Notes under the pieces: model-generated
Seen by the model: only the letters and a program-made list of their open reading frames with translations
What the model was told of the DNA's origin: nothing
The model's database searches: none
Part shown: in pieces, positions 25,884 through 37,175 of the stretch
Layout of the letters: every line of letters begins with the position of its first letter
How positions within the stretch are numbered: the first letter of the stretch is position 1
Program-made: the position numbers and the translations under genes
Origin: Opitutales bacterium
GTDB taxonomy: Bacteria; Verrucomicrobiota; Verrucomicrobiia; Opitutales; PNEW01
Direction of reading: 5' to 3'
Length of the DNA: 64,000 bases
Assembly: GCA_965197745.1 (NCBI GenBank)
Contig: CBDANS010000007.1
Location: 1,792,001 to 1,856,000 of the forward strand

Positions 25884-26432
25884 TCAGAAAAAAATCTCAG
25901 CCTGATTATCATAAATACGCAGAACGTGTTCTACAATTTCAGAAATAGATCCATTGTCGGTGTATATTCCCGTCCCTGCTTGAAGGTAAATTGGTTCACG
26001 TTCAGCCAGTAGTTCACGAATTTTTTTTTCGGGGTCATCAACATTCAAAAGCGGCCGGTTTCGATTGCTGGAGATTCGTTTTAATATCGTGCTGACCGAG
26101 GCAAAGAGACAGATCAGCACTCCTTTGGACTTTAAGATACTGATCATGTCGGGTTGGATTATAAGACCTCCTCCGCATGCAACGATACATCCTTTTGGGG
26201 GATGCCCGGATTCAACAAACTCCCGTTCCATTTTTCGGAATTCCTTTTCTCCCTCTTCAGAAAAAATCTCCTTAACAGATTTGCCCGCGATCTTGGCAAT
26301 AGCAGAATCAGAATCCAGGTATTCCATCTTCATCTTCTGGGCTACCTGGCGACCAATAGCAGACTTGCCGGTACCCATAAATCCGACAAGGTACAAATTT
26401 ATATTTAAATTAGGATCGTCAGGCATGAGCAA
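25884..26432 (-). CDS. aroK: Shikimate kinase
   Basis: LVGFMGTGKS, GEKEFR, CGGG, RPLL. Confidence 0.93.
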   Translation of the reverse strand: MLMPDDPNLNINLYLVGFMGTGKSAIGRQVAQKMKMEYLDSDSAIAKIAGKSVKEIFSEEGEKEFRKMEREFVESGHPPKGCIVACGGGLIIQPDMISILKSKGVLICLFASVSTILKRISSNRNRPLLNVDDPEKKIRELLAEREPIYLQAGTGIYTDNGSISEIVEHVLRIYDNQAEIFF

Positions 26433-26495
26433 AGATTAACGCATGACATAAGTCAGCATGCAATAACGCTGAAATTAAGTGATGATCAATATTAT

Positions 26496-27875
26496 TTAAA
26501 TATCGGAAATCGAAGATAAAATACGCTCGATGGCATCAGTAGCTTTATTCATGAGCTCCAGGTTAAAGCTTTCATTCGGCGCATGAATATTATCTTCAGG
26601 AGTGACTAAACCTAACATTAGAGTATCCAAACCAACGACTTTCTTTAAGTCCGCGATAATAGGGATGCTTCCTCCTTCGCGCAGGTACAAAGGAGGTTTA
26701 CCGAAAACGTCGGTTATTGCCACTTCGGCAGAACGAAATGCCTGAGTCAATAGCGGGGATTGATCCGATTGTGAATTGGGACGATCAGGAGGGACAACAA
26801 GATAAGGCGATCCTCCATGACCTTCCCTCAACTCCAGAGAAACATGGGGAGGGCATCGCTCTTGAATCGCCTCTGAGATTAATTTTTTGATTTTATCAGG
26901 ATCCTGATCAGCGACCAGTCTACTGGTTATTTTTGCAAAAGCCTTTTTAGGGATGATCGTCTTATTACCTTCTCCCTGATAGCCACCACCAATACCATTA
27001 AACTCTAAAGTCGGGCTAAATCGTGTTGCTTCGAAAGGTGAATATCCCCCACTTGTATGAAATTTTTTTACTCCTAAGATTTGTGCGAATTCGTGTTCGC
27101 TTAATTCTATGCCTTTCAGTTCTTGGAATTCCCAATCAGGAACTTCGCGAACATCATTATAAAACCCCTCTATATTTACACTGCCATCCTCATTATGCAG
27201 TGACGCACATATATCTGAGACAACTTGTATAGGATTAAGGACCGCACCCCCATAAAATCCCGAATGAAGATCGGAGTGCGCTCCTGTTATCTCAAACTCA
27301 ATACCCACCACTCCTCGTAGTCCGATGGTGATAACAAGTTGGTCTGAATTAATACATCCGGTATCAGAAAGAAGGAGAAAATCCCCCTGTATTCTATCTT
27401 TATACTCATTGAGAAACCCGGCAAAGCTCGGGCTTCCGGTTTCCTCTTCCCCTTCAATGAGAAATGTGATGCGCAACGGCAAATTGTTGTGTTTATCTAA
27501 TAATCGAGCAACCGCTGAAATAAGGACCAGCAGTGGGCCTTTATTGTCAGCTGCACCGCGTGCGTAAATGCGACCGTCACGGATTTCAGGTTCAAATGGG
27601 GGACTGGACCATAAATCAAACGGGTCGGCTGGTTGCACATCGTAATGGCCATAAATTATCACATGAGGCCAGGAAGAATCGCCATTAAGGGTAGCGAGAA
27701 TAATCGGGTGCAAGGGTGTTTTAATGACTTCAACCGAACAACCAATACTATCCAGCAGACCACTGATATAGCTCCTGGCTCCCTCCATACCATCTTTATA
27801 ATCCGGATCGGTTGAAACACTGGGAAAGCGCAAATAATCCTTGGCAACTTCAATAGGATCGAACATGGGGGACAA
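26496..27875 (-). CDS. M20-family dipeptidase/deacylase
   Basis: YGHYDVQP, ARGAADNKG, EGEEE, DLHSG, HAPNE. Confidence 0.92.
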   Translation of the reverse strand: MSPMFDPIEVAKDYLRFPSVSTDPDYKDGMEGARSYISGLLDSIGCSVEVIKTPLHPIILATLNGDSSWPHVIIYGHYDVQPADPFDLWSSPPFEPEIRDGRIYARGAADNKGPLLVLISAVARLLDKHNNLPLRITFLIEGEEETGSPSFAGFLNEYKDRIQGDFLLLSDTGCINSDQLVITIGLRGVVGIEFEITGAHSDLHSGFYGGAVLNPIQVVSDICASLHNEDGSVNIEGFYNDVREVPDWEFQELKGIELSEHEFAQILGVKKFHTSGGYSPFEATRFSPTLEFNGIGGGYQGEGNKTIIPKKAFAKITSRLVADQDPDKIKKLISEAIQERCPPHVSLELREGHGGSPYLVVPPDRPNSQSDQSPLLTQAFRSAEVAITDVFGKPPLYLREGGSIPIIADLKKVVGLDTLMLGLVTPEDNIHAPNESFNLELMNKATDAIERILSSISDI

Positions 27876-27987
27876 CTAGGTTTAATTGGTTGTTTTAATA
27901 AGTATCCCGCGCCGATCCGCTGTAAACGAAAAAGATATAGCCACACGGCTGGAAACACACCAGGAACATTAATTAAAAATAGAATTA

Positions 27988-28812
27988 TTACTGAATAATT
28001 CGAATTTTCGGCTTACCTGAGCTACCTTCAAAAACTTCTACAGCTTCGGGCATATGCCTGTGCAATAACAAGATACGATCCTGATGTGAAGGGTGAGTGG
28101 AAAGCCATTGAGGGGGGACAGGTTTCCCTTGAGTCTCCTTGTGCATGCGCTCCCAAAAATCTATAGCTAACTCAGGATCATAACCAGCGCGGGCCATGTA
28201 TATAAGTCCTATATAATCGGCTTCAATTTCCTTTTTTCGAGTAAAAGCATAGGTCCCTAACTGGCTCCCCAATCCATATGCGTCCATGACCGCATTTCGA
28301 ATTAACACCTCTTGGCCACCCGTAGCAACTGCCGCAGCAATACTACCCCCTTTGATAAGTATGTCCTGGGATAGTCTTTCATTTACGTGTTTTGCCGCTA
28401 CGTGGGCAAGTTCATGCCCGATGACAACAGCTAAATCCTCTTCACTTTCTACAATTCGGAAAAGACCGGAAAAGACCCCTACCTTGCCACCCGCCATGGC
28501 AAAAGCATTTATTCTATTTGGATTTTCAAAGACGACAAATTCCCAATCGGCATTGAGCATATCCCAGGAGATGGCCTTAGCCATTCGCTCACCGACTTTA
28601 TTTACTAAGGCAATATGTTGATGATTTCTTGATTGACCATACCGAAATTTCATCTCCGCAAAAGCGGCGTTACTCATTTTTATCACTTCCTCGTCAGAAA
28701 CGATATTTATGGCAGAACGCCCTGTAACCGGCACGGTGTTGCAGGCTGTAATGATTATGGAGAGGCATAAAATGCCACATCCTACACAGAACTGTGTCTG
28801 TCTCGTGATCAT
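27988..28812 (-). CDS. M48-family metallopeptidase lipoprotein
   Basis: Lipobox ITAC; NAFAMAGG; GHELAH; EIEAD; LSTHP. Confidence 0.92.
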   Translation of the reverse strand: MITRQTQFCVGCGILCLSIIITACNTVPVTGRSAINIVSDEEVIKMSNAAFAEMKFRYGQSRNHQHIALVNKVGERMAKAISWDMLNADWEFVVFENPNRINAFAMAGGKVGVFSGLFRIVESEEDLAVVIGHELAHVAAKHVNERLSQDILIKGGSIAAAVATGGQEVLIRNAVMDAYGLGSQLGTYAFTRKKEIEADYIGLIYMARAGYDPELAIDFWERMHKETQGKPVPPQWLSTHPSHQDRILLLHRHMPEAVEVFEGSSGKPKIRIIQ

Positions 28813-28914
28813 AGATCAGGGTTTATTCAATCGAAGCGGTAACTATAATATTGAAAAATTACAGGCCGATTTATAATTTATATAGACACTTTTTTAAGAT
28901 CAAAGTTTCACTTA

Positions 28915-30462
28915 TTAATGCCGAAAGTGTCTCGTTCCAGTAAACACCATAGCCATATTCTGCTTATTAGCTGCCTCAATTACTTCATTATCACGAAGGG
29001 ATCCACCCGTCTGAATGACCGCGGTAGAACCAGATTCTGCCGCGGCTATTAACCCGTCAGCAAATGGAATCAATGCGTCTGAAGCCATTATTGATCCATG
29101 CAAAGAAAGATCAGCTTCTCCAGCTTTCCAAATAGCAATTTTTGAACTGTCCACTCTCGCCATTTGACCTGCGCCAATTCCCAGTGTGCGTTCTCCTTTG
29201 GCATAAACAATAGCATTTGATTTAACATGCTTCACTACACGCCAACCGAATAACATTGCCTCCCATTCGTCTGATGTCGGCTTTCGCTCCGTAACGACAT
29301 TGAAGTCTTTTACATTAACTGGTTTTAAATCTCTTTCCTGCACGAGGATGCCCCCTGCTACTGTTCGAATTTCCTCAATCGTTTCCTCTTTCAAAGCACC
29401 CTTCCATACCATTAATCGCAGATTCTTCTTTTTCTTAATAATGTCTCGTGCTTCTTCGGTAAAATCGGGAGCAATGATAATCTCACAAAATATTTCCCGT
29501 ATTTTTTCGGCGAGGCCGATGTCAAGCGTCCGGTTAGTTATGATAATACCACCAAATGGGGCCTGTCTATCGGTGGCAAAAGCCTGTTCCCATGCTTCCA
29601 GAGTATTTTCCGCACTCGCTACCCCACAGGGGTTGGTATGCTTTAATATCGCGACTGTGGGTTTTTCAAATTCTCTTAAAAGATTACTCGCTGCCGTTAT
29701 ATCCAGGATATTGCAAAAACTTAAATCTTTTCCCTGAAGCTGATCATAGCAGTCAAAGAATTTTCCGTAGAGGGATCCCTGCTGATGGGGATTTTCACCG
29801 TAGCGCAAAGTTGCAGAAAGAGGAAGCGTTAAGGTGTAATTTTGAGGTGTTTTAATTGCATCCACGCGATCCGACCTGTCGCTATTCTTCTCAAGATATT
29901 GATTAATTACCTGGTCATATTGTGAGGTGCATTTAAATACTTTTAAAGCCAGTTCTTTACGCAAAGAAGGAAGTGTTTCCTCATCTTTAAATCCATTAAG
30001 GACTCGATCGTAGTCAGCGGGATCACATACAACGGTAACACTTGAAAAATTTTTGGCCGCGCTGCGCAGCATGGAAGGTCCTCCGATATCAATATTCTCT
30101 ATGGCTTCTTCCTCTGACACCTCCGGGTTTGCCACCGTCTCTTCAAAAGGATAAAGATTGACGACGACGAGATCGATGAGATCGATCTTATGTTGTTCAG
30201 CTTGACTGAGGTGTTCCGGTTTGTCTCGCCGGCATAGCAGTCCCCCGTGAATTTTTGGATGGAGCGTTTTAATTCGCCCTTCCATCAGTTCGGGAAATCC
30301 TGTGTAATCACTCACCTCGGTAACGGGCATGCCATTATCTTTCAACATTTTAGCGGTGCCTCCTGTCGATAATATGCGATAGTCGTAGTGATTGACCAAA
30401 GTCTCCACAAAAGGCAATAATCCCGTTCTGTCACTGGCTGATATAAGTGCTGTTTTTCCCAT
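28915..30462 (-). CDS. purH: Bifunctional AICAR transformylase/IMP cyclohydrolase
   Basis: STGGT, KTLHPKIHGG, IDIGGPSM, LRYGENPHQ, TGTRHFRH. Confidence 0.98.
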   Translation of the reverse strand: MGKTALISASDRTGLLPFVETLVNHYDYRILSTGGTAKMLKDNGMPVTEVSDYTGFPELMEGRIKTLHPKIHGGLLCRRDKPEHLSQAEQHKIDLIDLVVVNLYPFEETVANPEVSEEEAIENIDIGGPSMLRSAAKNFSSVTVVCDPADYDRVLNGFKDEETLPSLRKELALKVFKCTSQYDQVINQYLEKNSDRSDRVDAIKTPQNYTLTLPLSATLRYGENPHQQGSLYGKFFDCYDQLQGKDLSFCNILDITAASNLLREFEKPTVAILKHTNPCGVASAENTLEAWEQAFATDRQAPFGGIIITNRTLDIGLAEKIREIFCEIIIAPDFTEEARDIIKKKKNLRLMVWKGALKEETIEEIRTVAGGILVQERDLKPVNVKDFNVVTERKPTSDEWEAMLFGWRVVKHVKSNAIVYAKGERTLGIGAGQMARVDSSKIAIWKAGEADLSLHGSIMASDALIPFADGLIAAAESGSTAVIQTGGSLRDNEVIEAANKQNMAMVFTGTRHFRH

Positions 30463-30657
30463 ACATTTGTTTTGATCAGGATTAATTTCTTGGGCAAGGA
30501 AAAACCTGTTAAGAGAGCTTAATCCAATATAAATATGGGCAGGCTTCTTTTATAATTGATCTACACCATCACTCGCTGTCATTTCCTCTTTATTAATTTA
30601 CAAATCTTCTACTTATACTAGATTTAGATATAGGCAGAATTTTAGATCTAAACTAAT

Positions 30658-31452
30658 ATGTTCGAATCATTACAGGTAGAACCACTGAAGATAGCTGACC
30701 GTGTTTTTTCCTCTCGCCTTCTGGTGGGGACCGGGAAGTTTTCCTCGGGGGAAGCAATGCGCGACAGTTTAGATGCATGCGAAACGAGCATGGTAACCGT
30801 GGCCTTAAAAAGAGTTAATCTTAATGCTGAAATAGATCCTTTCGCCAATATCCTGGATTTTCTCGATTCAGAGAAATATCTTATTCTCCCCAATACAGCC
30901 GGGGCAATGAACGCAGAAGAAGCAGTGCGCATAGCGCGACTGGCAGCAGCAGCAGGTCTTCCGCAATGGGTGAAACTGGAGATTCACCCCGATCCCAATT
31001 ATCTCTTACCGGACCCTATCGAAACTTTAAAAGCCGCTGAAATTCTTATCAAGGAAGGTTTTGTTGTTATGCCTTATATTAACGCAGACCCTGTTCTTGC
31101 GGCACGATTGCAGGATATTGGCTGCGCTACGGTAATGCCTTTAGGATCCCCAATTGGGAGTAATCGCGGCATCGAGACGCGTGCTCAAATTGAAATAATT
31201 CTTGAACAAGCGCGGGTGCCCGTGGTTGTTGATGCCGGGCTAGGGGCTCCATCCCATGCGGCTGCAGCTATGGAGATGGGTGCTGATGCGGTTCTTGTGA
31301 ATACCGCCATCGCCATTGCCGCAGATCCCATTAGAATGGCGCAGGCATTTGCTGCTGCGGTGCAAGCAGGACGTATTCTACACGAGATAGGGACGACAGG
31401 AGCGAGCAAGATGGCTAAAGCCACGAGTCCTCTTACAACATTTCTCGATTAA
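30658..31452 (+). CDS. thiG: Thiazole synthase
   Basis: [35 protein letters not shown]. Confidence 0.97.
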   Translation: MFESLQVEPLKIADRVFSSRLLVGTGKFSSGEAMRDSLDACETSMVTVALKRVNLNAEIDPFANILDFLDSEKYLILPNTAGAMNAEEAVRIARLAAAAGLPQWVKLEIHPDPNYLLPDPIETLKAAEILIKEGFVVMPYINADPVLAARLQDIGCATVMPLGSPIGSNRGIETRAQIEIILEQARVPVVVDAGLGAPSHAAAAMEMGADAVLVNTAIAIAADPIRMAQAFAAAVQAGRILHEIGTTGASKMAKATSPLTTFLD

Positions 31453-31543
31453 GTATCAACACCGCTTTATAAATATATTACTCTGCGGATTGATATAATT
31501 TTTATGTATATATATTGAGTATAGGTAAAGAGCAGTAACAAAC

Positions 31544-32704
31544 ATGCATAATTTTTCAGATATCTATCAGACGCTCCCTGTTGAGTCCTGGGTCCGACAA
31601 TCACTCGATACCAGTAATCGAACACTGGCTCCCCTCTTGCGTAAAGGTAGAGCAGAGACTTTGGCCGATTTTGCCGCCCTTATATCCCCTTGTGCTGCTC
31701 AGTATTTAGAGGACATGGCTCTTCACTCACAATTGATTACTCAGCGCCATTTTGGAAAGACGATCCGTCTTTTCGCCCCCATTTACCTTTCCAATGAATG
31801 TATCAATATTTGTAAATACTGTGGGTTTTCACGCGATAATGATATTCCCCGCATTACCATTCCTGTCGATCAAGTTGTTGCGGAAGTAAAATTATTAGCG
31901 AAACAAGGCTTCCGATCATTGCTTATTGTCGCCGGAGAACATCCAAAATATGTTTCCAACGGTTATGTTGAAGAATGTATTAATCGTTGCATGGATATCA
32001 TGCCCAGCATCGCACTCGAACTCGGACCTTTGGAAACCGATGCTTATGAACCTCTTGTTAATGCAGGGAGCGAGGGGTTGGTTGTTTACCAGGAGACATA
32101 CCATAAACCCACTTATGAGGAACTTCATACCGCAGGACCCAAAAAATATTTTGGTTGGCGAATGGACACTCCCCAACGAGCATATAATGCCGGATTTCGC
32201 AGGTTAGGTATTGGAGCCCTATACGGATTTTACGACTGGCGGTATGAGGCACTCTCGGTAGCTGCTCACGCGCAGTTTTTATTACAGCACTGCTGGAAAG
32301 CTCAATTATCGATCAGCCTCTTGCGCCTGAGACCCGCTGCTGGAAATTTTCAATCCGATCCACAATTTCAGGTGAGTGACCGAGAGCTGGCACAACTTAT
32401 TTGTGCTTTCCGCATGCTGTTACCGCATGCCGGCATTGTCCTGTCGACAAGGGAATCGCCTCATATGCGCAATGGGTTGGTTCGTCTTGGTATCACCACA
32501 ATGAGTGCCGGCTCCAGCACAGAACCAGGCGCTTATAGTCATTTTGATGAAACTAACTGGACTCCAAAAAATGAACAACCGGGTGAGCAGTTTCACATTG
32601 CTGATGAACGTCAACCACGAGAAATAGCTGAGATGATATCCGCACAAGGTTATGAACCGGTATGGAAGGATTTTGATCGATCATTAGTTACAACCGATGG
32701 ATGA
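31544..32704 (+). CDS. thiH: 2-iminoacetate synthase (radical SAM)
   Basis: APIYLSNECINICKYCGF (CxxxCxxC), YQETY, LSTRE, PVWKD; lies between thiG and thiS. Confidence 0.93.
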   Translation: MHNFSDIYQTLPVESWVRQSLDTSNRTLAPLLRKGRAETLADFAALISPCAAQYLEDMALHSQLITQRHFGKTIRLFAPIYLSNECINICKYCGFSRDNDIPRITIPVDQVVAEVKLLAKQGFRSLLIVAGEHPKYVSNGYVEECINRCMDIMPSIALELGPLETDAYEPLVNAGSEGLVVYQETYHKPTYEELHTAGPKKYFGWRMDTPQRAYNAGFRRLGIGALYGFYDWRYEALSVAAHAQFLLQHCWKAQLSISLLRLRPAAGNFQSDPQFQVSDRELAQLICAFRMLLPHAGIVLSTRESPHMRNGLVRLGITTMSAGSSTEPGAYSHFDETNWTPKNEQPGEQFHIADERQPREIAEMISAQGYEPVWKDFDRSLVTTDG

Positions 32705-32719
32705 TCTGCCTACAATTAA

Positions 32720-32938
32720 ATGAATCAGGAGAATCACATTCATTTCATCGCTAATGGAAAAGAATATGCGGTTGATAAAAGAACGGCGCTTCCTCATTTT
32801 TTGGAGAGCATCAATCTTTCCCTTTCGAATGTCGTGATCGAGCGTAACAAAATTGCTCTTTCACCAGCCGAAGCGCAAAAAACGATAATTGAAGACGGGG
32901 ATTCATTGGAAATAGCACGCATTGTCGCGGGCGGGTAA
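32720..32938 (+). CDS. thiS: Sulfur carrier protein ThiS
   Basis: 72 aa ubiquitin-like protein ending IVAGG, in the thi operon. Confidence 0.9.
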   Translation: MNQENHIHFIANGKEYAVDKRTALPHFLESINLSLSNVVIERNKIALSPAEAQKTIIEDGDSLEIARIVAGG

Positions 32939-32941
32939 AGT

Positions 32942-33334
32942 ATGCGATCAGATAGTATGGAGTTGAAAGGGCTGCAAGTACAACTCAACCGTCTGGTTCA
33001 TTACAAGGATCCCGTCAATCTCCCCGCGGATTCTCCTCACGCATTTATATATTATCTGACTATTTGCAATCAATCGGATCGGAAGGTTACCCTTTTAGGG
33101 CGTAAGTGGGTAATAAAGAATGAAGACGGAAATACACTTGTCATTGAAGGTGATAAAATCGTGGGGCAAACGCCAAAAATTGAACCGGGTGATGAGTTTT
33201 CCTTTAATAGCTATCATGTTACTGGTATCAGTGGCCGTGCTTATGGAAGCTTTCATGGTGTTGATGAATATCAAAATCAGATTCATGTTAAAGTTCCTAT
33301 GCTAGAAATGGTAATTCCAGGGAACGAGGCATGA
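32942..33334 (+). CDS. apaG: ApaG domain protein
   Basis: YYLTICNQSDRKVTLLGRKWVI, EGDKIVGQTPKIEPG. Confidence 0.85.
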   Translation: MRSDSMELKGLQVQLNRLVHYKDPVNLPADSPHAFIYYLTICNQSDRKVTLLGRKWVIKNEDGNTLVIEGDKIVGQTPKIEPGDEFSFNSYHVTGISGRAYGSFHGVDEYQNQIHVKVPMLEMVIPGNEA

Positions 33335-34689
33335 TCCTGACCGACTTAAACCGTCAGGGTGGCATAGGAGCAAATTCACTTTATGTTGAGTTGGGTTCCT
33401 TTAGATTCCTCATCGATGCCGGATTACACCCTAAAGTAGCAGGAAAAGAGGCCATGCCGGTTTACGATGGGACGGAAAATAAAAACCTCGATTTTATTAT
33501 TCTGACACATTGCCATCTTGATCATATAGGATCTTTACCCCTGCTAATTCAACATCATCCAGATGTTTCAATCCTCATGAGTCTGCCCTCGCAGATAATT
33601 GCTCCTGTTATGCTTCATAACTCTTGCTCCGTAATGCGCAAACAGCGGGACGAACTTAATATCCCGGAATACCCACTCTATTCCCATGATGATGTGGATA
33701 ATCTTAGAGAAAAAATATTACCCGTAACCTATGGCTCTTCATACAGCTTTAATCATAATAATGATTTACTTGAAATATGTTTTTACTCTTCAGGACATGT
33801 TGCCGGTGCCGCGGGATTCAGCATTAAGCATGAAAACAGGAAGATTTTTTTTACTGGAGATGTCCATTTTACGGAACAACAAACAATTCTCTCCGCGGAT
33901 TTTCCCCATGAAACATTCGATACCGTAGTAATGGAAACGACACGAGGCATGACCGAGCGCTCAATAGATAAATCACGAAAAATGGAAGAAAATCGTCTTA
34001 TTGAAATCATCGATGAGACCTTGTCCCATGGGGGATCCTGTCTCGTTCCGGTCTTCGCATTTGGGCGCATGCAGGAGATCCTCACAATGATTTATCATGC
34101 GCGCAAAGAAGGAGACCTTCGCGAATCGCCGATATTTTGTGGTGGTCTGGGTGTTAAACTTGCCCATGCCTTAGATCAGATTTCACGCGATAGTGAGCAC
34201 ATAAAATTCAGCCTTGAGATCTTTAAAGAGCTGAAAATAAAATCTTTACCTAAAAAAATATTTTCGCGCGGGAGACGAATAGAGAGCGGTCTTTACATAG
34301 TGAGCAGTGGAATGATGGTAGCCAATACCCCTTCATATCTTATAGCTGCCAGTTTACTTTCGAAGCACAGAAATACTATATGTTTTGTTGGTTATTGTGA
34401 TCCCGACACACCGGGCGGCAAGTTATTGAATACCCCTGCTGGTGATAATTTTCTTTTTGAATTTCTCGATTACAGCTCACCGGTAAATGCGCGTATCGAA
34501 AAACTTGATCTCAGCAGCCATGCCGACAGGGAAGACTTGTTAATGTTTGCCCTCAATGCTAAACCTCGCGCGGTAGTTCTTACCCATGGTGAGACTAAAT
34601 CTAAAAAATGGTTTACGGAACAAATAAAAAATCACGACAAAAAAGCCAAGGTTATCGATCCTCACCCTTTAGAATCCTGCATCGTTTAA
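33331..34689 (+). CDS. MBL-fold beta-CASP ribonuclease
   Basis: THCHLDHIG, GHVAG, FTGD, PVFAFGRMQE, LSSHAD, LTHGE. Confidence 0.88.
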   Translation: MILTDLNRQGGIGANSLYVELGSFRFLIDAGLHPKVAGKEAMPVYDGTENKNLDFIILTHCHLDHIGSLPLLIQHHPDVSILMSLPSQIIAPVMLHNSCSVMRKQRDELNIPEYPLYSHDDVDNLREKILPVTYGSSYSFNHNNDLLEICFYSSGHVAGAAGFSIKHENRKIFFTGDVHFTEQQTILSADFPHETFDTVVMETTRGMTERSIDKSRKMEENRLIEIIDETLSHGGSCLVPVFAFGRMQEILTMIYHARKEGDLRESPIFCGGLGVKLAHALDQISRDSEHIKFSLEIFKELKIKSLPKKIFSRGRRIESGLYIVSSGMMVANTPSYLIAASLLSKHRNTICFVGYCDPDTPGGKLLNTPAGDNFLFEFLDYSSPVNARIEKLDLSSHADREDLLMFALNAKPRAVVLTHGETKSKKWFTEQIKNHDKKAKVIDPHPLESCIV

Positions 34690-34716
34690 AATGACGCGGG
34701 TAGGGTTATAAATTTA

Positions 34717-35562
34717 TCAGCGCGCAAAACGCTTTTCTTCTGTTGATAGATCACTGATCGTAATCGTGCGGCTGTAAAGTCTTTTAACCATCCGGCAAAA
34801 GGAAAGAGATCCTGAAAAATATTCTATTTCAGGTAAAGCGGGTTGTAATTGTTTAAGGGGAAAAATTGACTTTCCAAGAAAGTGAAATGCTCCTCCACCC
34901 GCCAGGCATAGGGCGTAAGATGCGGCAATATTCCATATTTTATCATCGAATCCCAGACACCCATCGAGAATTCCAATAGCAGTGTATGCCGGATTTAAGA
35001 CACTGCTCTGCATACTACAGAGGTGATAACTGGATAAGAGTGGTTTTAATTGTTCACCCTTCTCATAAGTTAGGGGAAAATTCATGCCAATAATACTATG
35101 CTCGTCTAGGGGCGTGCTCTTAATAGATACTTTTCGACAACCATCATAAAGCCCCTGCTGCGGTCCGCCTTCGATTAGCTTTTGTCGAGACATATCATAA
35201 ACGTAGCCATAAACAGGAATTCCGTTCTTAAGCAAAGCCAGTGAAATAGAGCAAAATGGAATTCCTAATGCGTAATTATGAGCGCTATCAACTGGATTTA
35301 GAATCCAGGCATATTGCGCATTCAACTCCAACTGTTCATCTAAGGGGTTGGATTCTTCTGAACAATAATCATCTTTGGCAAAAGACTTACGTAATTCAGA
35401 AAATATCTTTTCGGAAATAACAAAATCGGTAAAAGAAACACAAGTCTTATCATCTTTCCAATCGCTATGCCCTTGACCGAATTGTTCATGAAAAAAATCA
35501 ACCTGTTTATTGATGGCCACTCGACCCGCATTAATGCGATGTTTAAGTTTATTATCCGCCAT
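34717..35562 (-). CDS. Inositol monophosphatase-family protein (degenerate active site)
   Basis: CSEE; WILNPVDSAHNY versus canonical DPIDGT; KIWNIAA versus canonical WDxAA. Confidence 0.75.
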   Translation of the reverse strand: MADNKLKHRINAGRVAINKQVDFFHEQFGQGHSDWKDDKTCVSFTDFVISEKIFSELRKSFAKDDYCSEESNPLDEQLELNAQYAWILNPVDSAHNYALGIPFCSISLALLKNGIPVYGYVYDMSRQKLIEGGPQQGLYDGCRKVSIKSTPLDEHSIIGMNFPLTYEKGEQLKPLLSSYHLCSMQSSVLNPAYTAIGILDGCLGFDDKIWNIAASYALCLAGGGAFHFLGKSIFPLKQLQPALPEIEYFSGSLSFCRMVKRLYSRTITISDLSTEEKRFAR

Positions 35563-35654
35563 TTTAAATATTTAAATTATCTATAGTTCCGGGCCAATGA
35601 TTATATATTATTTCTTATCTTTTATTACTAAGATCAAGTTTCATTATAAGGAAT

Positions 35655-36194
35655 TTAAATATAATCGGTAAAGTCGTAAAGTTTGGGATCACGCGTCATG
35701 GGGCGCTTATATCGGCGATCAATTTTTTTATGTTTTTCATCACTCTTATCTTCAGAATCATTATTTAATACTTCTGCTTCATCATCGAGTAAGTCGCCAT
35801 ACTCTACCTCCAGTTTTTCGGGATCCTCACCTTCTTCTAAACGCCGCATTATTTCTTCCATGCTCACCGGCATCTTTTCACCACTGATCTCGGTCATTCT
35901 TCTCATTAACTGTGCCAGCTGTCGCGGATCAGGATTTTCCTCATCTATTTTGGCCACCTCACTTTCCATGCCTGCCAACGCTGCCTGCATTCCAGGATCG
36001 TCGAAATTTCTATTGTCCGTTCCTTCCCCTGATTTAGCGTGTTCCCTGGAGACAGAAAACTCGGATATCATTTTAACCATTTTATATTTCAGGTTATCGG
36101 GGCAACGAGGAACTCGATTAGCGTGCGGAATAGTTTTAAGATAAAATGAATATATTCGGTTATTGTCAGGACTGTAATATTCGTAAATTGGCAT
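35655..36194 (-). CDS. FmdB-like regulatory protein
   Basis: MPIYEY start, PRCP, acidic helical region, RDPKLYD end. Confidence 0.65.
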   Translation of the reverse strand: MPIYEYYSPDNNRIYSFYLKTIPHANRVPRCPDNLKYKMVKMISEFSVSREHAKSGEGTDNRNFDDPGMQAALAGMESEVAKIDEENPDPRQLAQLMRRMTEISGEKMPVSMEEIMRRLEEGEDPEKLEVEYGDLLDDEAEVLNNDSEDKSDEKHKKIDRRYKRPMTRDPKLYDFTDYI

Positions 36195-36235
36195 ATGACA
36201 GTTTTAATTGTATATAAATTAACGTGTTTATCCCC

Positions 36236-36264
36236 TTGACATACTTAAAAATATGTGGTATTGT
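36236..36264 (+). promoter_or_regulatory. sigma70-type promoter for the transposase, -35 inside the left TIR
   Basis: TTGACA-17 nt-TATTGT with an extended TG. Confidence 0.6.
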
Positions 36265-36283
36265 TTATTTAGAAAGGTAAAAA

Positions 36284-37137
36284 ATGACAACGTTTTATAA
36301 ATTCCAAAAGCAATTCCCAGACGATAACGCGTGCTTGCATCAAATTATGATTTCTCGCTATGGGGGAACACGATTTGATTGCCCTAAATGTGAACATCCC
36401 AGCAAGTTTCACCGCATGAAGGAACAAAGAAACTATGTTTGCCAAAGGTGCGGACATCATTTGTATCCATGTGTCGGCACTCCGTTTGAACGCTCTCGCA
36501 CATCTTTGCATAAATGGTTTTATGCTATGTATCTGTTTGCCACATCCCGCCACGGGGTTGCCGCTAAGGAACTTCAACGGCAACTTGGCGTAACTTACAA
36601 AACAGCATGGCGTATGGCGCACGAAATCCGCAAATATATGGCTGAGGTGGATGGGGAAAGTCCTTTGAGAGGTATTATAGAAACTGATGAGACTTATATT
36701 GGAGGAAAAAGCTCTGGAGGAAAAAGAGGACGAGGTGCCCTAACAAGACAGTAGTTTTCGGCATGTTGGAACGCGATGGGGAAGTAATGACCAAGGTTGT
36801 CCCTAATGTCAGAAAGCGAACTCTTCAACCAATTATGAAAGAAAATGTTGAACCTAAAAGCACTGTTCATACCGACGAACTTCGATCTTATTCTGGACTG
36901 GCCAAAGATGGTTATATCCACAAGACTGTCGATCATGGATCGGGTGAATATGTAAAAGGTAATTGCCATGTCAACGGGATTGAGGGATTCTGGGCTCGTT
37001 TGAAGCTTTCGATTTGCGGGACGCATGTTCATGTTTCTGGGAAGCACCTTTTGAAGTATGTAAAGGAGTTTGAGTATCGTTACAACCGCCGGAAGGCTCC
37101 CGCTTCGATTTTCGCTGATCTGGTGGCCTGCCTCTAA
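36284..37137 (+). pseudogene. IS1595-family transposase, one frameshift
   Basis: Zn ribbon CPKC...CQRC, TYKTAWRM, ETDETYIGG, HTDE, HVNGIEGFW, EFEYRYNRR. One extra C in the run at ~36738-36740 restores GRGAPNKTVVFGMLER. Confidence 0.88.
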
Positions 37138-37175
37138 CGATCATCGCTTCTAGCAGAGCATTGAATCTGTTCATA

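Noticed and set aside
30463..30657. TPP riboswitch upstream of thiG
   Set aside because: No CTGAGA/ACCTG aptamer pattern seen
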